From contig CAZUBM010000004.1 in NCBI GenBank assembly GCA_964618805.1, positions 49,936 through 113,935 on the forward strand: a stretch of 64,000 nucleotides of DNA, read 5' to 3'. The notes under the pieces were generated by a model that searched no databases, was not told the origin of the DNA, and saw only the letters and a list, made by a program, of their open reading frames with translations. This DNA is from an uncultured Nitrososphaerota archaeon. Its GTDB lineage: Archaea > Korarchaeota > Korarchaeia > Korarchaeales > Korarchaeaceae. Positions 38,913 to 48,029 of this stretch are shown here, piece after piece (the first letter of the stretch is position 1; each line of letters opens with the position of its first letter). The translations under genes and the position numbers were made by a program.

Positions 38913-40265
38913 TCATCCTTTTGAAGAAAGTAATCTCTCAGCGGTTTCATAACCCTTCCTCATAACTTCATTTTCATCTAAAATCGTAAATTGCCGTTTT
39001 TCCAACAAAATTCTTCCATTAACGATTACTGTGTCCACATTTTCAGGAGTGGCCGAGTAAACCACGGCCCCCATTGGGTCATAGGAATGCACAGTATTTA
39101 CCTTCCACATGTCTAAGATGATCAAATCCGCTAGATATCCTTCCTTTATAACTCCAGCTTTAATCCCCAGAGCCTTTGCCCCGTTTACTGTAGCCATCCT
39201 TAGCACATCTTTAGCTGTTATTATTGCTGGATTTTCGTGGTATACCTTATGAAGAAGGGCGGCAGTCTTCATTTCGCTGAAGAAATCTTGCCTTCCAGTG
39301 CTTGCAGGTCCGTCAGTAGCCAAACAAACGTTCACGCCCTTATTAGCGAGTTCTATTATAGGAGAAACACCATCAGCAATGTACATATTCGAAGTAGGAC
39401 AATGTACTGTATTAGATCTCGTTTCTCCTAGATAAGAGATCTCCTTATCGTTTAACTTGCATGCATGGACCCCTATGAACTTCTCATCCAATATTCCTAG
39501 GTCATAAAGGAGTTCTGCATCCCTCTTTCCTTCCCTTTTAACGAGAAGCTGCACATCTGGTTCGCTTTCAGCGAGGTGAGTGTAATAATTCCTACCGAAC
39601 CTGTCCGCAAGCTCTTTTGCCGCCACAAGGAGGTCATTTGATACGAAGCAAGGGTGCATTGGACCTGGCATGACGTTATCGTACCTCTCCATTAACCGCT
39701 TTAAGTCGTCCAGGACATCCTCAGCCTTCTCACAAAGGGGCTCGTATGCTTCAATCTCATAAAAACCCCTGGATAGGTAACCCCTTATTTTGGTGTCCTC
39801 AAATGCCTTCAAGACCGCCTCAAAGTGGGGGTTTCCGTAGTGCATCTCAGTTATTGTAGTTACTCCGCTCTTGATGTTCTCCGCTATGCCTAACACTGCT
39901 CCGTTGTAAACGTCCTCATAACTCATTTTAGGCACAATGGGCCAAATGGCCGTTTTTAGCCAATCAAGAAGTATCATGTCAGCCCCAACCGTCCTAAGAA
40001 GAACCTGAAACATGTGGCAGTGCATGTTGATGAATCCCGGGAGGATGTACTTCCCCCTTGCCTCTATGACTTTGTCGGCCGAGAAGGATTCTCCTTCAAA
40101 TCTGCTTCCAACGAACTTTATCTCGCTGTTCCTGATTAGAACCGAGCCCTCCTCTAGTACACCTTTCTCATCGTCCATCGTGATTACAGTTCCACCAAGT
40201 ATAAGCGTATCCAAGTTGATCCCCAACTCTGGATCACAAAGCCTTTTTCTTTTAAGCTGCTCCAT
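38913..40265 (-). CDS. Amidohydrolase (MTA/SAH deaminase / SsnA-like)
   Basis: PGFINMHCH, THLAES, VHAC, HCPTSN, ATDG motifs. Confidence 0.85.
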   Translation of the reverse strand: MEQLKRKRLCDPELGINLDTLILGGTVITMDDEKGVLEEGSVLIRNSEIKFVGSRFEGESFSADKVIEARGKYILPGFINMHCHMFQVLLRTVGADMILLDWLKTAIWPIVPKMSYEDVYNGAVLGIAENIKSGVTTITEMHYGNPHFEAVLKAFEDTKIRGYLSRGFYEIEAYEPLCEKAEDVLDDLKRLMERYDNVMPGPMHPCFVSNDLLVAAKELADRFGRNYYTHLAESEPDVQLLVKREGKRDAELLYDLGILDEKFIGVHACKLNDKEISYLGETRSNTVHCPTSNMYIADGVSPIIELANKGVNVCLATDGPASTGRQDFFSEMKTAALLHKVYHENPAIITAKDVLRMATVNGAKALGIKAGVIKEGYLADLIILDMWKVNTVHSYDPMGAVVYSATPENVDTVIVNGRILLEKRQFTILDENEVMRKGYETAERLLSSKG

Positions 40266-40287
40266 AAGAAAATTTCATCAATAAGAG

Positions 40288-40791
40288 TTAGAGGGTTATT
40301 ATCTTTGCCTCAATCTTTTCTCCTACCCTAAGAATGGCAAAAGAAGGCCTCACTAGGAAGGGAGGAATTGGATTTGTTGGACTACCCGGGTTTAGGTAAA
40401 GCCTACCTTCCTCCACCTTCAAAAGTTGCTTGTGAGTATGTCCAAATATCAAGATATCAAGTTCATTTTCTGAGGCTAGCCATCTAGCACTTTCACTTAA
40501 CCCTATGTACGAGCCTGTATCGTGCTTTATTCCTATTCTCTTGCCATTTACTTCTAATACTTTAAACTCCGGAAACTCTCTTCTTATGTCGGGGAGATCC
40601 ATATTTCCGGCTACGGCTTCAACAGGAGCTAGTTCTCTTAGATCATTGATTACATCAATTGTGACGACGTCTCCAGCGTGCAGTATAAGATCAACAGCTG
40701 AGAATTGATCTAGAACCTCTTTAGGAATATTCTTCGCTCTTGTAGGTATGTGAGTGTCTGATATCACTCCTATCAGAACCTCTTCAGTCAT
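40288..40791 (-). CDS. YfcE/MJ0936 family phosphodiesterase
   Basis: ISDTH, HAGD, AGNMD, GHTH, NPGS motifs. Confidence 0.9.
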   Translation of the reverse strand: MTEEVLIGVISDTHIPTRAKNIPKEVLDQFSAVDLILHAGDVVTIDVINDLRELAPVEAVAGNMDLPDIRREFPEFKVLEVNGKRIGIKHDTGSYIGLSESARWLASENELDILIFGHTHKQLLKVEEGRLYLNPGSPTNPIPPFLVRPSFAILRVGEKIEAKIITL

Positions 40792-40799
40792 CTAAGCAC

Positions 40800-41111
40800 C
40801 TATGGTAGGACCTGTTCCAACTCCCCAGTTTTCGGATTCCATGCCTTTACCTTAGGACCCTTACCCTTCTTTTCCTTTAGGAGTAGGAACCTGTTTGATT
40901 GTTTAAGCGGAATGATGAAGAACTCTTCAACTTCCTCGTTATCATGTAAAAGAACGAGCTTAAACTTGTTCTCAGTTTTCTCTTTAGTTAATGGATCCCT
41001 ATATTCCAGAAGGGCAAACCTCCCCCTTGAATATATCGTTCTTAGCTCTCTCTTTCCTCTCTTACTAATGGTAATAGCCTCTTCTAAGTTTTCCTCACTT
41101 GCAGGCATCAT
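40800..41111 (-). CDS. Hypothetical protein
   Basis: 103-aa ORF with GAGGGGG RBS and operon-like spacing. Confidence 0.55.
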   Translation of the reverse strand: MMPASEENLEEAITISKRGKRELRTIYSRGRFALLEYRDPLTKEKTENKFKLVLLHDNEEVEEFFIIPLKQSNRFLLLKEKKGKGPKVKAWNPKTGELEQVLP

Positions 41112-41189
41112 GAATTAGGACCCCCTCAAGTTTTAAGGTTTGATCGGCTCCAGAGGGATTTTATACGCCAAGCATGTACTTGCATTGAT

Positions 41190-41507
41190 ATGCAGAGAAA
41201 GAAAATTCAGATAAGGGAAACCCCATCCACAATAACTCCGGTGTTTGCGGATGAGGCTATGGTAGGAATTTCGATAAAAGCCGTATCTAGAGGCGGAGAT
41301 GTCAAGAAAGAAGGGGTTATAAGGCTGGGCTTTGTAGACGTTTTAAGAGGACAAATGGTTGCTGAGATAGTTCTCCTACCTGAAACTGCAAAAGCTCTTT
41401 ATAACGCGCTGGGCGCAACTCTAAAGAAACTTGATGAGGAGTTAAAGAGCAAGGAGATACCTAAACCCGCGAAGAAGGGAGAAATATCAACTGAGTACAT
41501 AGGGTGA
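41190..41507 (+). CDS. Hypothetical protein, DUF3467-like
   Basis: PVFAD...IRLGFVD...VAEIVLLPETAKAL pattern. Confidence 0.5.
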   Translation: MQRKKIQIRETPSTITPVFADEAMVGISIKAVSRGGDVKKEGVIRLGFVDVLRGQMVAEIVLLPETAKALYNALGATLKKLDEELKSKEIPKPAKKGEISTEYIG

Positions 41508-41794
41508 TACCCTTGCCCAAAGTTGTAAAGCCCTGTGCTGCAGGCGACTACTATAAGGTGACGCCAGACGAGAGAATGGAGCTAAACTTAAGGGAGATTG
41601 CTCCTTTATTGGAGAAAGCTGGCTACAGGCTTGGATTAGTTTCAGGGGTTATGATAGCTTTTGTGGGAAGGGGCAAGGAGTTCAGCCTATTTTCAAACGG
41701 TAAATTGATGATAAAGGGTGTGGACAGCGCAGATGAGGCTATAAAAGCAGCTGAGGAGATATATAACCTGATAGTATCGGAGGTCAAGCACTAA
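41504..41794 (+). CDS. Hypothetical protein with TBP-like half-domain
   Basis: SLFSNGKLMIKGVDSADEA; overlaps the upstream stop by 4 bp (GTGA). Confidence 0.5.
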   Translation: MIPLPKVVKPCAAGDYYKVTPDERMELNLREIAPLLEKAGYRLGLVSGVMIAFVGRGKEFSLFSNGKLMIKGVDSADEAIKAAEEIYNLIVSEVKH

Positions 41795-42438
41795 CCCCTA
41801 AATTTCACGTTTAAGCTGACATCTAATCCTTCAAAAGCGTCTAAGATCTCAACTTTTATCACTTTGGAGATCTCATTCTCCTCAGGCATGTTCAATACCA
41901 CATCTATAGTTTCATCTCGAATGTTGACTGATTTCACCTTTCCCATGCTAACTATGTCCCTACCTGTCATTGGGTCCAGTACTCCCCTTAACAACGTCAT
42001 GACGAAGTCCTGATCTAGGGGCCTTCTCCCCTTTTTCACCTCATACTTAGCTATGGCAGTTCTTAACCCAGCTACCGAAAGGACCGCACAATGATACTTT
42101 ATTGCAGGAAGTCCTCCTAATTCCTCTATAATTTCCTTAAAAGTCAGTTTCTTAGCCTCCTCTAGTGTCTTGCCCTTTACCATCTCGGTCATAACTGAGG
42201 TAGTTGCTATGTTCGAAGCACAGCCATAGGAAAGGAATGAAATGTTCTGTATCCTATCCGATTCATCTATCTTGAGGAAGATCTTTATCATGTCACCGCA
42301 GGCAACGCTTCCAACGGTTGAAGAAACATCTGCGTCCTTCATCTCTCCAACGTTCCTTGGATGCATGAAATGATCTATCACCTTTTCAGTGTAGCCTATT
42401 CTCTTCCACAATTTCTTGACGTCTTCTCCCATCTCCAT
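41791..42438 (-). CDS. iscU: Fe-S scaffold IscU fused to a C-terminal DUF59/MIP18-like domain
   Basis: HFMHPRNVG, ACGD, YGC, KYHC; C-terminal VLDPMTGRDIVSMG. Confidence 0.85.
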   Translation of the reverse strand: MEMGEDVKKLWKRIGYTEKVIDHFMHPRNVGEMKDADVSSTVGSVACGDMIKIFLKIDESDRIQNISFLSYGCASNIATTSVMTEMVKGKTLEEAKKLTFKEIIEELGGLPAIKYHCAVLSVAGLRTAIAKYEVKKGRRPLDQDFVMTLLRGVLDPMTGRDIVSMGKVKSVNIRDETIDVVLNMPEENEISKVIKVEILDAFEGLDVSLNVKFRG

Positions 42439-42440
42439 GC

Positions 42441-43619
42441 TTAGGACCTCCGATAAAGAGGACTAATGCTTCTCATTTCCTTTACTATTTCCTCCAAAAC
42501 ATCCTTGGCATAGAATATCTCCTGTTCAGTAGTCCACTTGCTAAGACCTAGGGTTACTGATCCATGAGACTGCTCAAATGAGCCTCCAATTGCCAATATT
42601 ACGTGACTGGGCAGTAGTTCTCTGCTATAGCATGCTGAAGCAGTATTTACTAATAAGCCTCTCATGCTCGCTTTCAACAGAATAGTTTCACCCTCTACGC
42701 CAAAGAAAGAGACATTCACGTTGTTGCAGACCCTTCTATCTCCTCTAGGACCATTTAATTTTGTATCAGGGATCTCTAAAAGAAGATCCATCAATTTATC
42801 CCTCAATTTCCTCATACGGGCTATGTCTTCCTCGGTTATCAGCTCAACTGCTTTTGCAAAGCCCACTATGCTTGGTACATCTTCCATTCCAGGTCTAAGA
42901 CCGAACTCCCTTGGGGAACCGTCTAACAAGGGCTGAAGCTTTGTGCCTTCCTTAATGTATAGGGCACCCACGCCCTTAGGACCATGAATGAGTCCTGATG
43001 AAAGCGTGAGAAGATCCACATTTATTTTTCTGACATCAATTTTGACCTTACAAAATCCCCAAGAAGCATCGCTGTGAAATATAACTCCTTTTTCCTCGAA
43101 AATATCTCCTATTGCCTTTAAATCCTGAATAGTGCCGATTTCAGGGTTTATAAATTGAATTGAACCTAAAATAGCCCCAGATAGAATTTCCTCCAACTTG
43201 TCCTGCCTTACAAATCCCTCCGAATCAACGGGTACCAGCTTTGGATCAAAACCAATCTTTCCAAGCCTTTCTAGACTTCTAAGGACAGAACTCTCCTCAA
43301 TCTTTGATGAAAGAACCTTTCCCTTCTTTCCAGATGCTAAGGCAACACCTTTAATCGCAAGATTGTTGCTTTCAACTCTTCCTGATGTAAAGATTATCTC
43401 CTCAGGTTTAGCCCCTATTTTCCAAGCTATTTTCTGCCTAGCCTTTTCTAAGGCCTCTGTAGCCTCCTCTTCCATGCTGTGACCAAATTCTCCTCCAGGA
43501 GCTGCATAGATCTCTTGCATGTACTTAACCATTTCTTCAATAACTAAGGGATCAACTTTGGTAGCTCTCATGTTATCTAGATATACTGGAACTTTTACTG
43601 GCATCGATGATCCCTTCAT
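42441..43619 (-). CDS. iscS: IscS-like cysteine desulfurase homolog lacking the PLP-binding Lys and His
   Basis: YLDN, IIFTSG, GPKGVGALY, ASAC motifs; SGHK replaced by SSGL and IEH replaced by IEE. Confidence 0.85.
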   Translation of the reverse strand: MKGSSMPVKVPVYLDNMRATKVDPLVIEEMVKYMQEIYAAPGGEFGHSMEEEATEALEKARQKIAWKIGAKPEEIIFTSGRVESNNLAIKGVALASGKKGKVLSSKIEESSVLRSLERLGKIGFDPKLVPVDSEGFVRQDKLEEILSGAILGSIQFINPEIGTIQDLKAIGDIFEEKGVIFHSDASWGFCKVKIDVRKINVDLLTLSSGLIHGPKGVGALYIKEGTKLQPLLDGSPREFGLRPGMEDVPSIVGFAKAVELITEEDIARMRKLRDKLMDLLLEIPDTKLNGPRGDRRVCNNVNVSFFGVEGETILLKASMRGLLVNTASACYSRELLPSHVILAIGGSFEQSHGSVTLGLSKWTTEQEIFYAKDVLEEIVKEMRSISPLYRRS

Positions 43620-43744
43620 TTTAATGGGTTAAAAAGATTGAACCGAGATTACAATGGAATTCATTGGTTCCACCTGAATCACCTGAAATTATCGCCTAAA
43701 GACTTCTTACAAGGTAGCAGCGTCGGATTATTTCTAGGACTTAT

Positions 43745-43758
43745 TTAGGTACCCCTAA
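43745..43758. promoter_or_regulatory. DtxR/IdeR-like operator between iscS and the ferredoxin gene
   Basis: TTAGG-TACC-CCTAA palindrome, same form as the boxes upstream of feoA. Confidence 0.5.
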
Positions 43759-43821
43759 CGAAGGGGCAGAAAATTCTCTTCCAGTTACATTTATGATTAG
43801 TGAGTTCATCAAGGTGTTGGG

Positions 43822-44220
43822 TTGATCAAATACCTCTATGCAGATCCTCTCGAGTGCTCTGGATGCAAAATATGCGAACTTGTTTGTTCGTTTACTTTCG
43901 ATAGGATTCTAGATCCAAACAGGGCTAGAATAAGGGCAATCAGCCGAGGACATCTGGACAAAGTTGTTGTGTGCAAGAACTGTCGAGATGTGCCTTGCGT
44001 TGAAGCATGTCCGCAGAAAGCCATTTACCGGGATAAGAGAGGAGTTGTAATAGTAAATGAAGCTAAGTGCACTGGATGCGGTGTCTGCATAGAGGTCTGC
44101 CCACTTGAAGCGATAAAGATACACCCAGACAGGAAAGTTGCAGTGAAATGCGTTCTTTGTGGTTCTTGCATTGAGTGGTGTCCTGCAGAATGTCTTAAGA
44201 TTGTTGAAGACACTGATTAA
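43822..44220 (+). CDS. 4x[4Fe-4S] ferredoxin (HycB/DmsB-like)
   Basis: Four CxxC-based cluster motifs. Confidence 0.85.
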   Translation: MIKYLYADPLECSGCKICELVCSFTFDRILDPNRARIRAISRGHLDKVVVCKNCRDVPCVEACPQKAIYRDKRGVVIVNEAKCTGCGVCIEVCPLEAIKIHPDRKVAVKCVLCGSCIEWCPAECLKIVEDTD

Positions 44221-45197
44221 TCCGGAACTATTACAGTTCCTGTTTTACCTTCTAAGGCCTCCACAGCCTTATTTAGCGATGTAATTATCGCCTTCTCACC
44301 ATGTGCTTCCTCTATAAACCTTATACAGGCCTTAACTTTCGGTCCCATGCTTCCTGGCAGGAAATGTCCCTCATCAAGATATCTTTTGGCCTCAGATACG
44401 GTCATTCTGTCAATATCCTTCTCATTTGGCTTCCCATAGTTCAACTTCACCTTCTCCACATCAGTTAGGATCATGAATATATCAGCATCTATTACCTCTG
44501 CCATTCTCTCTCCTGCAAGATCCTTATCTATGACAGCTTCTACCCCTTTCAACATTCCATTCTCGTCAATTACAGGAATTCCTCCTCCACCTGAGGCTAT
44601 TACAACGACTCCATTGTCGTACAACAGTTTTATGGGCTCCGCCTCTATAGTCCTTATTGGATCTGGAGAGGGCACTACTCTCCTATAAGGCTTCTCACCA
44701 TTAGGCTTAACCTTTCTAATGAAGTATCCCTTTTCCTTCCGATACTTCATAGCGGTCTCGTAGTCATAGAATGGCCCTACAGGCTTATGTGGATCCTTAA
44801 AATCTGGATCATCCTTATTCACAAGAACTTGAGTGACCACCGTAGCAACGGGCACATTCAATCCTAGAGCTTTTAGCTTGTTTTGAAGCGTCTGCTGTAG
44901 CATGTAGCCTATCTGACCTTGAGTCATTGCACCACATACGTCCATGGGCTGGGATGGTACACGGTCTGCAGCTTCCTCCTGCTGTATTAACAAAGCACCG
45001 ACTTGAGGACCATTCCCATGGGTTATCGCTACCTTATAGCCCCTCTTTATGATCTCCACTATGTGATTGCACGTTATATCTATGTTCTTTAGCTGCTCCT
45101 CGTAAGTTCCCCTTTCATGGGCCTGCTTTATCGCATTCCCCCCTAATGCTATAAGCAGTCTTTTACCCCTCACGGTTTTTCCCTCCATTGAGATCAT
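44217..45197 (-). CDS. arcC: Carbamate kinase
   Basis: ALGGNA, THGNGPQVG, KPVGP, RRVVPSP, VIDKD, GSMGPKV motifs. Confidence 0.93.
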   Translation of the reverse strand: MISMEGKTVRGKRLLIALGGNAIKQAHERGTYEEQLKNIDITCNHIVEIIKRGYKVAITHGNGPQVGALLIQQEEAADRVPSQPMDVCGAMTQGQIGYMLQQTLQNKLKALGLNVPVATVVTQVLVNKDDPDFKDPHKPVGPFYDYETAMKYRKEKGYFIRKVKPNGEKPYRRVVPSPDPIRTIEAEPIKLLYDNGVVVIASGGGGIPVIDENGMLKGVEAVIDKDLAGERMAEVIDADIFMILTDVEKVKLNYGKPNEKDIDRMTVSEAKRYLDEGHFLPGSMGPKVKACIRFIEEAHGEKAIITSLNKAVEALEGKTGTVIVPD

Positions 45198-45506
45198 CTA
45201 GAGACAGGGTCCTCCCGATTATAAATTAAAAGATTATCAATCATCGTGAGATCACAGATTAAAAGCCGAAAATATGCGTTCGGAGAGGCACCATTCCAAT
45301 TTTTTGGCATCAGCATATCTTTGATAAATTAGCGAAACCTAAGCGAAAGAATACAGGCAAATCAAGGGAATAGCTAGAGTCTTTTTATTTTTGGTTAACC
45401 CTTACTCACGACTAATTCACCTCAGGCATATCTATGCGCTCTTTGATGGCCAACGATGCACACAAGAGATCTCAAACAATTCCAGCTGAGCTAGAGACAT
45501 TAAAGC

Positions 45507-46622
45507 TTAAATCTTATCCAATAAGCCAGCTGAATAAGCTACAAGCTCCTCTATATTGCATACCCTTATCTTGTACCTAAGGGCCGGAATCCTTAGGTTG
45601 TGATAGCAGGTCGGGCACGCGGTGATGATGTACTCAGCCCCAGCTTCTCTGGCACTCTTTAATATAGCGCTGCTCATCCCTGCCCTTATTCTTGGGAATG
45701 CCATCCTTATAGGACCTCCACAGCACCTGGATAGCTGCCTAGATCTCTCCATCTCAACAAGCCTAGTACCTGGGATCGCTTCTATTAGAGACCTTGGGGC
45801 ATCGTAGAGCCCTTGCCATCTTCCGAGGTGGCAGGGATCGAAGTAGGTGACTACAGCATTAAACTCCTTCCTCAACTCTATTCTTCCCTCGTCAAGGAGG
45901 CTGACTAGAAGTTCTGTGGAATGTTGGACAGATAGCTGGTTGCCTAGGCTGAGGAAGGCCCCATAGCAAAAAGGACATATTGCAACCAAGCTGCTGATAC
46001 CTATGGAGCTAAAGATCCTCCTGTTCTTCTCAAGAGAGTCCTTAAACTCTTCCTCAAGTCCAACAAGATCCAAGAAAGCCCCGCAACACTCCTCCCCCTC
46101 TTTAATTACTGTGAAATCGTATCCAGCTCTCATCAGCAGTTTTATCATAGCCTCTGCTATGTTCATGTAGCTTGACGAAATCACGCATCCGAGGAAAAGC
46201 AAGTTTGGAGCTTTGTCTGGAAGCTTCTTGATGAGGGGACTGGCATCCATAAGGCGCACCTTCTCCCCTAAAGCGTTACCAGTTCTCAAGATTGTATTAG
46301 CCATCTCTTTGTACTCATCAGGAGGCCCTATCCCTTGCTTGGTAAGGGAGTTCCTGAGTCCCTTCATTATCTCAGAGAACTTAACAAGAGACTCGCATAC
46401 CTCATCACAAGCCTTACACATTGCACATGAGTGTATCCTGTCTAGGACACCTTTGTCAATAGTAAGCCTACCCTCTTGGATTGCTTCTATAATGAACACC
46501 CTTCCCCTTGGGCCCCAGGACTCCTTCATGACGTATTCAAAGGTAGGGCAGTACATCCTGCACTTTCCGCAGTGAGTGCATCTCATAAGCTCCTCCAAAA
46601 GCTCCTCCTTAAGCACTTTCAA
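45507..46622 (-). CDS. GlcF/HdrD-like Fe-S protein with CCG domains
   Basis: CTHCGKC...CP, CAMCKAC, ECCG, YFDPCHL, RCCGG, TACPTC motifs. Confidence 0.85.
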   Translation of the reverse strand: MKVLKEELLEELMRCTHCGKCRMYCPTFEYVMKESWGPRGRVFIIEAIQEGRLTIDKGVLDRIHSCAMCKACDEVCESLVKFSEIMKGLRNSLTKQGIGPPDEYKEMANTILRTGNALGEKVRLMDASPLIKKLPDKAPNLLFLGCVISSSYMNIAEAMIKLLMRAGYDFTVIKEGEECCGAFLDLVGLEEEFKDSLEKNRRIFSSIGISSLVAICPFCYGAFLSLGNQLSVQHSTELLVSLLDEGRIELRKEFNAVVTYFDPCHLGRWQGLYDAPRSLIEAIPGTRLVEMERSRQLSRCCGGPIRMAFPRIRAGMSSAILKSAREAGAEYIITACPTCYHNLRIPALRYKIRVCNIEELVAYSAGLLDKI

Positions 46623-46627
46623 TTCTA

Positions 46628-48019
46628 TTACCCCCTGGGAAATATCTTACCTGGGTTCATTATGTTGTTAGGATCGATAGCAGCCTTTATTGCCTTCATA
46701 ACCTCTATTTCCTCTTTTGTATGCTCAAGATACATCCATTCAGCCCTTCTAATCCCTATTCCATGTTCTCCAGTTATTGTCCCGCCAAGCTCCACCGTCA
46801 GCTCCCTAAGTCTCCCTACAGCAGAAATTGCACGCTCAACTTCCTCTGGTCTCCTTTTATCAAAAAGTATATCAGGGTGCAGGTCACCATCCCCAGCGTG
46901 ACCATAGGTAGCTATATCTATGTTTAGCTCCTTTGATATCCCTTCAATACCTTTGAAAAGGTCAAGAAGGCGCGATACTGGAACACAGATATCTTCATCA
47001 ATTACATTTGGCTTTATTGAGGCTAATGCAGGAGTTATGGCCTTCCTCCCTTTCCAAAGCCTAGCCTGCTCCTCCTCAGCGACTCCAATGCTTGTTCCAA
47101 GAGCTTCATTCTTCTTAACTATTTCCTTTAAGGCCACAAGCCTCCTTTCTACATCCCTCTTATATCCATCGAGTTCTATTATAACAATTGCAGCACTTTT
47201 AGGGAGTTCGATTCCATATCTGATCACTGCCTCTATAGAGGTCCTATCCATTATCTCAGCAGCAGATGGGAAAATGTTTCCCGCCATTACGTCCATTATG
47301 GTGAGGCATGCCTTATCTATGGTATCGTAGTGGGCTGTGAGCACCATCCTGCTCTCAGGCAATGGATGTATGCGAAGCATTATCTTTGTGAAGACCCCTA
47401 AAGTCCCTTCTGAGCCAACAAAGAGCTTAGTTAAACTGTAGCCAGACGAAGTCTTCCTAGTTTTTGAACCAACCCATATTACCTTCCCATTTGGAAGCAC
47501 TACCTCAAGGCCCATCACCCAGTTTCTGAAAGATCCATACTTCACAGTTCTGTACCCAGCTGCATTAGTTGCTACATTACCACCTATCGTAGACATCTCG
47601 CTGCTTGCAGGTAGTGGGGGAAGGAAAAAACCGTGTTTGGCTAGAATAGCATTTAACTTATCTCCCACTATTCCTGGTTCCACTAAAACCCACATGTCCT
47701 TTGTATTTATTTCGAGCACTTTGTTCATCTTAAAGAGGTCTAGCACAATGCCTCCCTTAATGGGCATAGCTCCACCGCACTCGCCAGTTCCAGCCCCTCT
47801 CGGAACTACTGGTATTCTCCTCTCATTCGCAAGCTTGACTATCCTAGCTATTTGCTCCGTTGTTGTAGGCCATACAACTACATCTGGTAAAGTTTCCTCC
47901 CTAACATCTATGAAAGAAAAATCTCTTGAGTAGCATATGAGTTCAGCAGGTTCTGTTGAGACGTTCTCTTGTCCAACTATACTCTCAAGCTCCTTTATAA
48001 CCTCATCAGGGATTCTCAT
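46628..48019 (-). CDS. GlcD/D-2-hydroxyacid dehydrogenase FAD subunit
   Basis: PRGAGT, TIGGNVATNAAG, GSEGTLG, GHAGDGDLH, GEHGIG, NPGK motifs. Confidence 0.88.
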   Translation of the reverse strand: MRIPDEVIKELESIVGQENVSTEPAELICYSRDFSFIDVREETLPDVVVWPTTTEQIARIVKLANERRIPVVPRGAGTGECGGAMPIKGGIVLDLFKMNKVLEINTKDMWVLVEPGIVGDKLNAILAKHGFFLPPLPASSEMSTIGGNVATNAAGYRTVKYGSFRNWVMGLEVVLPNGKVIWVGSKTRKTSSGYSLTKLFVGSEGTLGVFTKIMLRIHPLPESRMVLTAHYDTIDKACLTIMDVMAGNIFPSAAEIMDRTSIEAVIRYGIELPKSAAIVIIELDGYKRDVERRLVALKEIVKKNEALGTSIGVAEEEQARLWKGRKAITPALASIKPNVIDEDICVPVSRLLDLFKGIEGISKELNIDIATYGHAGDGDLHPDILFDKRRPEEVERAISAVGRLRELTVELGGTITGEHGIGIRRAEWMYLEHTKEEIEVMKAIKAAIDPNNIMNPGKIFPRG

Positions 48020-48029
48020 TCAAAACGCC

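Noticed and set aside
38913-40265. Amidohydrolase as a member of the catabolic island
   Set aside because: SsnA-like chemistry would fit, but it is ~4 kb away, separated by unrelated genes, and looks like a generic MtaD-type enzyme.
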